A stretch of DNA of 64,000 bases from Paragordius varius. Its lineage: Eukaryota; Animalia; Nematomorpha. Below the pieces are notes generated by a model. The model did no database searches. It was not told where the DNA came from and worked only from the letters and a program-made list of their open reading frames with translations. Position 1 is the stretch's first letter, and the number at the start of each line of letters is the position of its first letter. Made by a program: the position numbers and the translations under genes. Positions 35,801 through 47,411 of the stretch are shown here, piece by piece. The stretch is from positions 13,330,001 to 13,394,000 of the forward strand of contig OZ176050.1 of the NCBI GenBank assembly GCA_964247055.1, in the 5' to 3' direction.

Positions 35801-38800
35801 ATAATATTGCAATTGAATGTATAAAAGATAGAACCAGTTTAATTTTGCTGCCTTCATCAAGTATCAGTAACTCTTCCGTTTTAATATAATGTTCTGCACA
35901 ATCAAGTAAAGCTTGTTTTGGGATAATTCCAATTATTTCTGACCCAATTATCGGGACTTTTAGTTCCTAATGCCCACCCACAAAAAATTTTTAGGATTTT
36001 TTTTAATTTAAAGGTTTAAAATTAATATTATATTGTTAAACATTTCGATTCAAATTGGGGTATCATACCCAGACAATATTTGAGTCGATATTTTTAAAAA
36101 ACTACTAAAAGAAACGGTTTTAATTTATGCTTCTATCTTAATAAAAATTTTATGAATAAATATATAAATAAAATTTTTAAAAATTGCGAATAAAACTACT
36201 TGGACTCCATTCTTATTTTAGAATTTTTGCAAAATATCGTGTTTATTTGATTCTGTGCCTAAAATAGTTTCTTTTTTATTAAAATCACATTTAACATTAA
36301 TATAAACAGAAAAAGTAATATATTTTGCATTATACTTCTATTTAGCTTATGCACACATGTCATCTTGGCTAAATTTTTATCTTTGAGATTTACCTCTCAA
36401 TTAATGTATCATATTTTTTGAATGATTTTTTATATTTCGGGTCATAATGTTATATGAGTGCAAACTTTTGCCCTGGTTTCAATTTATTATATTTTACATA
36501 ACATGTCTGAATATCTAACTACCCCAATTTGAATCGAAGGACTGAAATGAATGTAGGTGTATCCAAGTGTTAAGTTTAAAATTGAATTCATTTTCTACTT
36601 TTGCGTCTTTTAAAGCCTCTTCATATACTTTCCAGATGGGTGTTTCTTGATAATTGAGGATGTTGGTTGAAATTTGGGCCATATTATCTTCTTCCAAAAT
36701 CCAACCAATTGCTTGAACATTTTTTAACCGTCCTAACTATATTATAATCAAGCATATTACAGTAAAAATAAATTTTATACAGACAAAACGTAAAAATATA
36801 AAGACAAATACTTTTTTCAAAGCGGCTGAATTTTTTTACACTTATTTTTTTATATAATATACGCATCGTTCTGGGTTGCAAAAAAGAAATAGAAATGTAA
36901 ATTAATAGCACACAAAGAAATATATTAAAATTGAATTACATAATTGTGTAAAAAAAATCGAAAATTAAAAAAGTAAGAGTATGTTTTCAAAAAAAATATT
37001 TGTCCGTTAGTTTTCTATGTTTTGTCTGTATAGTTTTGATTTTTACTGTAATATATGATATTCTAAGAATTAATGTTAACTAAAACCGAGTTAAAAAATG
37101 AATTTAAAATTACAGTAAAGACTGAAAATATACCGACAAAACATAAAAAGATAAGGGCAAAATTTTTTTTCTAAAACAACACCATACTTTTTATATCTTG
37201 ATTTTGTATAACTCATTGTTTAAACATCAAAAAGTGAAATCGAGATATACATTATCAAAATCACTTTTATATTTTACAATTGTAACTATATATAGCTTAT
37301 CTAAGAAAAATTAAGGTTTAAAAAAAGTATGGTTTTTTGAAAAAAATTAGTTGTCTTTATAAATTTACGTTTTGTCCGTATAATTTCGATTTTTACTATA
37401 TGTTACTTCTTGTGGTCCTCTCCCACTCTCCCTTAAATTAAGTGCTATGGTATGGGCTTGTTCCTTTGTCCCCAACAAATTAATATTGAACGCAATGAGA
37501 AAATCTCGACAACCTACAATACTGGCACCCCAGGTTGGATCAAATTTCGCGGGTCCGTAGTCCGGGGCCCAAATGGGATCCTTTAACTGACCATATAAAA
37601 TTTAAAAATAAACCACCTCTTGAAAGCAGTAAAGGGCGTTACAAAATATATACCATTCACGGTTCGAATTCACCCTAAAATAAATTATGTGTTTTTTAAG
37701 ATTAAAAATTACCTTTATTTTTTAATATTTTTAAAATATGAAATTTTGTTTAAAATTAATATAATGCTGAAAAAATATTAAACTATGTCGCAAAAATATA
37801 TTTCATATTAATGATGAATTATATTATCCTGAAAACACATTTATTTTTAGGGTGAATTTGAATTGTTCAAGGGTGAATTAATCGTTAAGGAGTGAATTTG
37901 AATTGACAATGGTATATTTTATGGATAATTGGAGATTTACCGATTATTTATTAATATGTTTATATAGGATTTTTTACCTATGGTCGCTATACGAATTGGG
38001 TATACCTTAACTTTATCATAGATTTTATAAATATTTACCAAATTTGATATTACTAGGGCCCAATATAGAGGCAGTGCGGTTTTCATATAAAGGTAGCGAT
38101 GTAATTTTGTGTAATTAAACAGGATCGATCAAATCGAATACGATTTTATATTATACAGGTGAATGTGACTTTTGATATATTACAACTTGGTTTTCATCAA
38201 CAAGCTTATTCTCTAAAATACCAAGTTTCTAATTGCTAGCCTACCTCTTAATATTTAGTCTTATCCGTAATTTTTTTTAAGTTTACACGATTGTTAAAAA
38301 GTCAATTATTTAGAAATGGGAGTTATTTATATAAAGGTTTTCATAACTTGATAATTTTATAAATGAGACATCTTATAATTCTCCAACAGTCCATAAGTGG
38401 GATGCCGAAGGGGAGAATGATTATGAGTATGAAAAATCTTTACCTTTTCTGGTAAATCTTCGTATTCACCGGCTCTTATTTGTGGAACTTTGTTGCGCCA
38501 ATCTTTATCAGAAGATTTGCCATACAAATATACTGCATAAAAACAATTATTAAACGAAAATAGATATTTGATTTTATAATTTTTATAACGCAATCAAATT
38601 TAAATAATTTTGATTATGTGTGTATTTATTCTTATTGATACGATTATTATATTAGTTGAAAATGTAACTAATATATTTTTAGATTGGACTCAGAAATGCC
38701 AAATTTCACCATATGAATGCATTACGGTCTAAATCATTCAATTAATAGTAAAAACGAATATGTATTGCAATAAAATAAAATTTCATCAACTAGCAGTAAA

Positions 38801-40876
38801 CTGGTTAGATAGAATATTGTAAAGTTAACATATAAAAACTATTACCATGAGAAACTACTTGACAATATTGTTTCGAGTTTTGTAAATATATTTTGAAACA
38901 TATGATAAATATTTAATATTCTTATCTTTTGCAAAAACCACGTCATGTCCTGCATAAAAATGTGCTTAGAGTTAGATGTAAATAGGGATCTGTATTATTT
39001 ATTAGCTACGATACAATACTTATAACCGATTTTATTATAACTTACCAAATAAGTTAATTAAAGTTATTTTATATATAAGGTGTTAGGCAATTAATTTATC
39101 AAAAAATTCAAATGACATTACTGTTAAAAGCAAAATATGAATTATATAAATAGTAGTGTAATTCCATATGTATATCATACATGCATTCACTGATTGAAAA
39201 AATCGCAAATGCAGTCAAACCGGTTTAGGATTTATTTTATTTACTAATATACAACCTATAAAAAATATTTGATATATACCCGGGACATCAAGTTCATTGG
39301 CAAGTTTTTGGGCAAAAGTTTTGCTAATTTCCACACATTCTTGTATAGTTACATTTTTGATTGGAATAAAGGGTGACACATCCAACGCGCCTAATCTGGG
39401 ATGTTCTCCTATTAGTATGTAAATTGAGCAGGTAACGACGAGGGTTTGCAATGTAAACGATGTGGAAATCGTCGTAAAATATACGTTATAAATAATTAAA
39501 AAATACAATATCTATAGTGTCAAATATATTTTTGAGCAATCAAGTCGTTATTAATAAAATATTTTTTTAAACAACTTTAAAATGCAGTGGCGTTTTTATC
39601 CGCTAACGGATAATTGAATTATAAAACGTGCGGTTTCATTCGTTATCTTTTATGTGGCGCTTTGTTTTTACTTTTACAACATATTATAAATCATAACGGA
39701 AATGGATTAATTATATTGAATTCACCTATAAACATAATTAATATGTTTTATCATACATCATTTACTTCATTTAAAGATTATATTTTAATCAATGAATTCG
39801 AAAATTTGAAATTTTTTATAATACTGTCACTTTAATCATTACTCAATAATTATTTAAACCGAGATATTTTTTAAATATGATATTCATATATTTATGTAAA
39901 TTAAACCAACATGAAATCAGATTTGAAAAAGGAATTATAATAAATTTTGAAGCCTATTTTAAAAAATATTTACAAAAAAGCTAACCTTTTTGCTTAGTCA
40001 TATCAATTAATTTGTGGGCTAATTTCGATGCCGCTAATGCGCCTTCTAAAACGGCTTCGGGCGTGCCTGCAAAAGTATAGATTGTTCGATGGGTCGAATA
40101 ACCAGCATTCGTATCCAACAAAAGACAACCCGGTATCTTTGATGCTTCATGACTAATTTCTTCTATGACCTAGGTTGTTTTAAGTAAAAATTATTTATAT
40201 TTTTTATTGAAATTATTTGTAAAATATTAAAAGAATATTATTTTAAAATAATTTAGTCATTCATCTTTTATGAATTGAAAATGAATTGGATGTTTAAAAT
40301 TTGGAATCAAAACTGAATTGAAACAATTTTTGGATAATATATTCTTATATTATTTTGAAATGATTTTTTTAAACTTTTAATTATAATAATTGACATGGTA
40401 ATCCGTATTGAAAAAAAATAAAAATTGTTTGTTGACCATATTAATAAAGGAAGTTTTAAAAAAAAATTAACTGTAATTAATACGTGATTTTAATAATTAT
40501 ACCTTTTTATTTCGACCTTCAGAGAAATTAGGTACCCAAAGAATTATTTTATCCATGGGATGAGATGCTTGATAATAATCCTTTGAAGACTCTAAAATAG
40601 TCCTGGAAATCTGAGAATCGATGTTTTTACCTGTGAAAGATTATATTATTCAAACGATTTGATAAATACTCATGATATATGATAACACAAGATGATTGAT
40701 TATTTTTGAGGAAAAAATGCTAATTTATTAAACCTACTTTTTTAGCAAATATATATGTAAAGAAAAAACTCAAAAAGATGTTTTAAAAAAGGTTATTTTA
40801 GCATGAAAAAATTTACAAACTTACCATGTAATGTTAATAAAACAAGATGTAGCAACAAGGTTAAACCATTTTTCAT
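32869..40876 (-). CDS. FTCD: Formimidoyltransferase-cyclodeaminase, 575 aa including a 42-aa N-terminal extension, 14 exons
   Basis: Exons 40876-40825, 40630-40503, 40169-39986, 39408-39280, 38532-38444, 37586-37407, 36736-36599, 35966-35835, 35738-35680, 35047-34918, 34845-34646, 34207-34072, 33167-33072 and 32943-32869 (1728 nt, all phases compatible). Motifs [66 protein letters not shown] and YNVLINL. Exon 1 is less certain than the rest. Confidence 0.92.
33342..33953. mobile_element. MITE family A, longer variant (about 610 bp) in the opposite orientation
   Basis: TACCATTTGCAC...TGTAATGGTA. Its right side is the reverse complement of the left body of the other copies, and its left side has CAAGTTGGTCC x3. 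Confidence 0.65.
36036..36573. mobile_element. piggyBac-like (TTAA) MITE in an FTCD intron
   Basis: TTAAACATTTCGATTCAAATTGGGG ... CCCCAATTTGAATCGAAG...AAGTGTTAA. Collinear with 48302-48850. Confidence 0.65.
36757..37400. mobile_element. Two adjacent MITE family B copies filling FTCD intron 6
   Basis: TACAGTAAAAATAAATTTTATACAGACAAAACG...TTTTGTCTGTATAGTTTTGATTTTTACTGTA (about 36757-37052) and TACAGTAAAGACTG...TTTTGTCCGTATAATTTCGATTTTTACTATA (about 37110-37400). Confidence 0.7.
37651..37914. mobile_element. MITE family A, copy 8
   Basis: TACCATTCACGG...TGACAATGGTA. Lies in FTCD intron 5. Confidence 0.8.
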
Positions 40877-41936
40877 ATGTAAATACATATTCTAAAATAT
40901 TTAGCGAAGATTTTTATATTATTTTTATATGAAAAATTGGTGGTCAAAATAAAAAAATGCTTAAATTAAAATTAGAAAAAAATATTTAAAGATCAAATCT
41001 GGTCAGTCAAAATTTTCTATTAAAGAACCATAATTTGACAAGTATTGTTTAGTTAAGTAGACGAATTGATTATTATTATATAGAAGTTTTTATGTCAAAT
41101 TTTGAAAAAAGATTAAATTAAATCGAACTCAAGATTTAGGTATAAAATGGTGTAAAATTTCAATTGAAAGCTTAATTGTATGGCCTTAAACGTATATGTA
41201 TATGATAATTAAATAATGGTTAAAAAATGAGCAAAGAACTAAATGGGCGCTTGCTAAGTAGTAATTAATATTGTAATTTTAAGGGTGCATGCACATAATA
41301 AGTCTGCTAATTTTTAGGTAAAAACTAGAACAAAATTAGGAGGTAAAAACTATTTAAATTAAAGTTCCTACAGGTAAGCAATATATTTATAGATTAGACA
41401 TTGCTTAAATGTGAGTTTTATATGCTTGATGTCAAGATGTTTTAAATAAAAGTTAGAGGTTGTGGTAAAATGTTGGCGGGACTTAATTCAAGTTTTTTTG
41501 GGTGACTTCCGGATTGATTTAGTAATTATTGACTTTTTTAAGTTTTAATGAACTTAAAATAGTAATTTATTTTAGAAGATGTTGATTAGATCCAATTGAA
41601 AGCTATAATTTGATTTAGACCAGGGGTGTCCAACACAAATGGCTTCACGGGCGGCATTTTGGGATTAAAAATTTTGGGAGGCCTTCATTCGCAAAATATA
41701 TGGGCATTAACAAATATATTCTTAAAGTAAACATAAGACTTTAAAAACTACTATTTAATTTAACATTTTTTGTTAGTTTATTGCCAAACGGGAAGATTTA
41801 TTTAGAAAAATTGTTAAAAAAAATAATTAAAATTGGATTTCGTTTGTTAATAAAATTTCACGCGGGATACATAAATATTTTGGAGGGGCGCATATTGGCC
41901 TTTACTTGATGAATTTAATAAAAATATTAAAAAAAC

Positions 41937-42009
41937 TGTTTCCGCCCAGGATCGAACTGGGGACCTTGTGCGTGTTAAGCACACGTGATAACCACTACAC
42001 TACGGAAAC
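41937..42009 (-). tRNA. trnV-AAC: tRNA-Val, anticodon AAC
   Basis: GTTTCCGTAGTGTAGTGGTTATCACGTGTGCTTAACACGCACAAGGTCCCCAGTTCGATCCTGGGCGGAAACA: 73-nt cloverleaf with A and B boxes, followed by a TTTTTT Pol III terminator. Confidence 0.96.
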
Positions 42010-42667
42010 TTGAAATAATGGTAAATATTTAAATTTATATAATACAAAATTGTACTATCGTATTCTACATCTTTTTCTGGATAACCTCTAAATCTTATCT
42101 TAATTATGAGCGCTATGTTGATCAGGGCATTATAAACTTCTACCGGATTTAACAACACATATTTAAGGGCAATTAAGGTTGTTTTGTTAAAAAAGAAAGG
42201 AATTAGATTATAATGTAATGTTCACGGACATCTCTTAATATAAACTCAAATTGAACAATTTAGCCGCTTTGTAGAAGGTTTAGGAATATAGAGGGGCCAT
42301 AGGCATTCGACTAAAATTTTTCAAAAGAGAAAATTTACATTTTATAATATTTGTGAAAAATTGCAGGCTGTATTAGTAAAATGTTATATATGAGATAAAA
42401 ATGTAATCAAACAATCAATCAGTGTAGGTAAGGTTAATTCATCATTTACAGTTTAAGTCAAAAATGTTATAAATATAAAATACGGATGAGTGTGTTGCTC
42501 TTGTCGAATTCGATATTTTAAATATTATTGGAATTTAATTTGAGTTCAATGGCAAAAATATAATTTGCATCCTTAGCCCATGGAGATCTTTAATTTAAAC
42601 CAATTATCGGCCATCAAATTTATATGTAATAGGGATACAATTCGATTTTAAACATACGATCCTAAGC

Positions 42668-44324
42668 CAGGGCTTCTTAAACTATGGGTCGCGGCGTAGC
42701 AAAATTATGAGATCGCGAGTGATAAAAATACATATAACAAAAAATCTTTTTTAATTTGTAAAAATATTGTTATAAAGAAAAATAACAATCATCGTAGATA
42801 AATATATCATATAATCTCCTGGTTCAGAAAGACTGTTTATACCAACATTTCTGTTCCGATCATTATAATCTATATATTTATAAAAATGGAAAATGCTGGC
42901 TTTGTGATCTCTTTCCGGAAAACCGGTAGACCCATTCAAATCCAAATGTCAAAAAAATATAATCATTAATGAATGCCCCGACAATAGCTTCACCCTTTTT
43001 TTGAATTAGGCTCCCAGTTCGTGTCCACACAAAGTAAAAAACGTGTTTTTTAAAAACAGAAGTTCAGGAAAATCGTGTCTTTGAGACAATTTTCCGGAAA
43101 ACGTGATGGACCATTTGATCTGAAATTTGATTATTTTAGTTTTTTCGATTGCGCCGAACCTAGCCGGCTTAATTTTTTAATTTAGGCTTTCTTTTTACCC
43201 GTTCCCCCCGTAAAACGCCATTTTTTTCTAAAAAAACTAAATAATTTTTGCCAAGGGTATGAGACCGTTAAAATTCACTGAGGATTCGAATTATTCTCTG
43301 TTAAAAGGCAAAAATTTTAGTCTTGCGTTTTTTTAAAAATTGGCTGCTGGGTAAACAGATAGCCGCTAAAACTGCGCCACTACTAATTTACAGAAAATTT
43401 ATGAAGCTATATGAGATCATTAAAAGCTGGAAATATTACCGGTAACTAGGTAAAATTTAAGGTCATTTTATTAGCCGTTAATTTGGGCCTTTATGCCCTA
43501 AAACGCCATCATATAACGATTATTTAGTGTTGAGGTATTTTTTCGAATAACTCGTGAGACGATGGTATCAAAGATGATTCCAAATATTTGCCCTATAAGG
43601 CAAAGAATTTAACTCAGCGCTTTTTCCATAAAGGTCTATGGGTAGGGGTCTACCGGTTTAAAACTGACACGCCATACTAGGCGTAGTTTTAAAGCTAATT
43701 TTCAAAAAAATAAGAAGCCATACGAGTTTGGTTAAACACATTTCTGGGGAATTTGTATAATATCATTCTATCCTTCAAAAAGGAACCACAAATGATTTAC
43801 TTTTTATATCCCTTGATCCCAGGTGTATGAACACAATTTCAAAATAAAACTTTTAACTATAGTTTCGTAAAACGAAAATCTTAAAATAAATCCAATGATA
43901 GTTGAATATTAACTTTAATAAGGGAGGGACAGATTAAATATGGTCAATTTAGAGTAAACAATTTTTCAGCCTATGCAAAACCCGTAAAAGAATAATTAAA
44001 GACATTCTTTTTATTAAATATGTTTATTATTATATATTTATCTCCATTAACTCTATTTATTGCAATAATTATCGGTGAGACTACGCCACACCGAAGCGTG
44101 ACAGGGCCAGCTAGTATCTTGTATAAATTTACTATGAATCAGAAAATGTTATTACAAAAATTGTAGATTTATTCTTGTATCATAACCGAAATAATCCTGA
44201 TAAATATTAGCAACATTATTTTTAAGTCGAAGAAACTATTATTTTTCTTTTATATTTGTTGGGGTCGTTAAGAAACTCGCAATCATAAATGGGGTCGGGA
44301 ACTAAAAAAGTTTAAGAAGCCCTG
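42668..44324. mobile_element. hAT-type MITE interrupted by a Helitron-like insertion
   Basis: TIR CAGGGCTTCTTAAACT at both ends. 8-bp TSD TCCTAAGC / TCCGAAGC (one mismatch). Confidence 0.8.
42869..44114 (+). mobile_element. Non-autonomous Helitron-like element
   Basis: Inserted at A|T. Starts TCTATATATTTATAAAAATG and ends with the GC-rich GCCACACCGAAGCGTGAC...CTAG. No TSD. Confidence 0.7.
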
Positions 44325-44378
44325 TCCGAAGCCTTTTTGATCTCCCTTTTTTACCTTTTATATAATATTTTCATGAAG

Positions 44379-45611
44379 GAGTTGAAGAGCCATCCTTGTA
44401 TATTACAGCACACAAAAGCGTTATTTGATTGAATTCTACTATTTTCACTATAGACTTTTTCCAGTGGTTAATATTTAGGTTTTATCAGGGTTCATAAGAC
44501 CCTAACTCAAACCTTTCCAAATCTATTCAATTAATTCCATTAAATTGTTTACACTTTCAGCTATAAGGGTAGTATCGTCTGCAAATATATTGATTCTCCC
44601 TGCTATTCTTACTCCAATATTTTTACTATATTATTTTCTCATTATCATTTCTCTGCATATTAAACAGATAAGTGGAATATGCAACACCCTTGTCTAACTC
44701 CTTTCAAAATATGTATGTCTTCTGTGTTGCCCGCCGATGTTTTAATAATCGCTCTTTCTTTTACATAGAGCGATGTTTCCCCCACAAGGAATCATAATTT
44801 ATCGAATCAAAGGCTTGTTTGCAATCGATAAACACATAATTCTCTAATAAACTCCCTAGATGCTTCCATTCTCATGTTTGATTAAAATGGTTTCTTTTCC
44901 TCTTATAAATCCGGCCTGATTTTCTGGTATTTGTGACTGTATAATAGTGTTCATCCTGTTTTGTAATATTTAAGCATGACCTTACTAACGTGGCTAAGAG
45001 CTATGTTTTGGTAGTTTTTGCACTGGACTACTTTAGCTTTTTTGATATTGGGAAATCCCCAGATTCGACTACCGATATCCGAAATAGAATAGGGCTGGGA
45101 AGAGAAGCGATGACCAAATTAGTAAGATCTGGAAAAACAAAAGTGTAGGAGTTGAAATCAAAAAAAAAGATTACTCAATTTTTTCTTCTCCCGGTCACCA
45201 AATATGGTTGTAAGAGCTGGATTCCCAAAAAAAGAGATAAACAAATTCTCATGGCTCAGTTTCTGGCGTAGAATGCTAGGATACACATGGAAAGTCAAAA
45301 TTAGTAATGGAAAGTTTTAACCAAACATATTAATCCTAAAACAATTATTTTAGAAAAAAATTTGCAAAGGAACTAAAACATATTTTAGTCATGTCCCGCG
45401 ATCTAATTCTCAAGAGAAAGATACCATGTTTGGGAAGGGATATGGGCAAAAGGCAAGGCTGACCACCAATGAGGTCGTTAGTGATAAAACAGGAGATTAA
45501 GATGACGTTGAATGAGTTGAATGTAGTGGTAAAAGATAGAATGAAGTAGAAATCGTAGTTTAAACTATATCCAAAAAGTCGTTAACGATTAAGGAATAAC
45601 CAATCAACCAA
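44379..45611. mobile_element. Degenerate BovB-like RTE LINE with an inverted 5' segment
   Basis: About 45040-44379 (-) gives NYxxIAL, QAGF, QAFDS, GVRQGC and FADDTTL. About 45060-45611 (+) continues with TDIRNRIGLGREAMTKL to the 3' end. Candidate TSD CATGAAG at 44372-44378 and 45612-45618. Confidence 0.65.
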
Positions 45612-47411
45612 CATGAAGATTTTGAAATATCAATTTTGATAAAATTATTTAAATAACACTGGACAACAAATTTTTCTGCCAATCAAGTTTTTTGCATTTT
45701 CTGATATTTAGTATCATTTTAACAGTAAATCTGAAATAAAAATTATAACTCGTTGGAAGAATTTTGTATAATTGGATTTTTTTGATTATGCGCCCTCTTT
45801 ATCAAAATTTTACTAGAAAATGTTTTTGAAAATATACAAGTGATGCCCATTTGTAATATATCATTCGAAAGAGTAATAAAAACTCTATAAAATGCATACT
45901 AATATGTATTACATCGACAGTTAGTATTGGACACAAAGAGCGACAAAAGCGCGAAGCGAGAGCATTTTTTTAAATTATCATATTTAAAAAACTAATGGAT
46001 GAAAATAGCTCAAACTTTGTTTAGATGGTGATGAATGTCTAAAAAAGATAACACAAGAAAGTTTTTTTGATTAGAACATTTTTTTATTGCTTTTATGTCA
46101 CTCAAAACAGCCATTTTTAAGTTTTTTGTTTTTTAAAAATTACCATCTCATCAATATTAATTTATTTTCTTTACGAGGCTGATAATTTCGAAATTTTAAA
46201 GATAAAAAAGGTTTAAGGTATTTTTGATCTTTTATAGCCATTATGTAATAAATTTACAGTTATAACTATGCATTTTAGTATCCACTAGGTAAAATATTTA
46301 TGATAATAATATTTATTATTAAAAAAGCAAACCAAAAGCTTTTTCAAACATTTTTAAATACTAATATAACTCTAATAATTATATTAAAATAATTTATATG
46401 ATTTTCAAATTAGTTTTTATGTGAAAATTCTTGACTTATTTAAGGATTGAAAATTTCGACCATAAATCCAAAAAACTTTTACATCTGATTGATTTAAATG
46501 ACTTACTACCATTTAAAAGTTGCAGTTTTTTGGGCTCTTTCGAATGATATTAAATACATGGCTTCATATCTAAAACTTTTAATTTTCGAAAATTCGAGTT
46601 TAATGTTAAATCAGGGCAAAAAATTATCGATAAACTCTAATATAAAAAAATTCTTGCATGCTAGCCAATTTTCTTTTCAGATATACTAATTATGTACTTT
46701 AATAAAATAATTTTTAAATTTAAGAATGGCAGTTAAAAAAAAGTTAAAATTTGTTGTCTAGTGTAATTTTATTAATATCACCATAATCGTACCAAAATAT
46801 TAAATTTACTTATATATTATTTTTTTAATATTTCAAAAATACTATCCCTTGAAATGAGTAACCGAATTTTTAATTAACGGCCAATACCCGTTAATAAATG
46901 TAACAAAAGCTTTACAAAAGTGTTTACAAAGGATTGGATTATTTGAGTTTTAATTTTACTCTTTACAATAAAATATGTTGCAAATAAAAGTATATAAATA
47001 ATTTTTAGGGAATTTTGAATTTCCGAATATTTAACAGACTAAGCTACAATTCAATCAAATCTTTGGTTTATAGTTAAATCGCGCGACTAATTTTCCTCAG
47101 ACCAATAAGTTTCATGCAATTTAATTTAACTTACTGATATAACCAAAAGTTTATCTAGTGTGATAACCTTAAAATTAAAAATAGCGCTATGCAAACAATT
47201 TCATGTATATTTGTCATAAGGACCTACGAGTTTTTAATTGAAACCATCAATATGAGGTTTTGGTACAAAAAAATTTATAATATTATTAAAAATATTTTTT
47301 TAGAATATTAATCTATAGATAAATCATTAACTTTATATTTTTTTTAAATCAGAAGAGTTAAGATAAGGCAATTTTATTAAAATTATAACCTATTTTACAA
47401 TCATTACATTT

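Noticed and set aside
41621-41900. CAGGGGTGTCCAA-type and similar isolated hAT-MITE ends (also about 3257-3281, 5640-5705, 55937-56000 and 62339)
   Set aside because: Only one terminus was recognisable in each case, with no partner TIR or TSD, so they are not listed as features.
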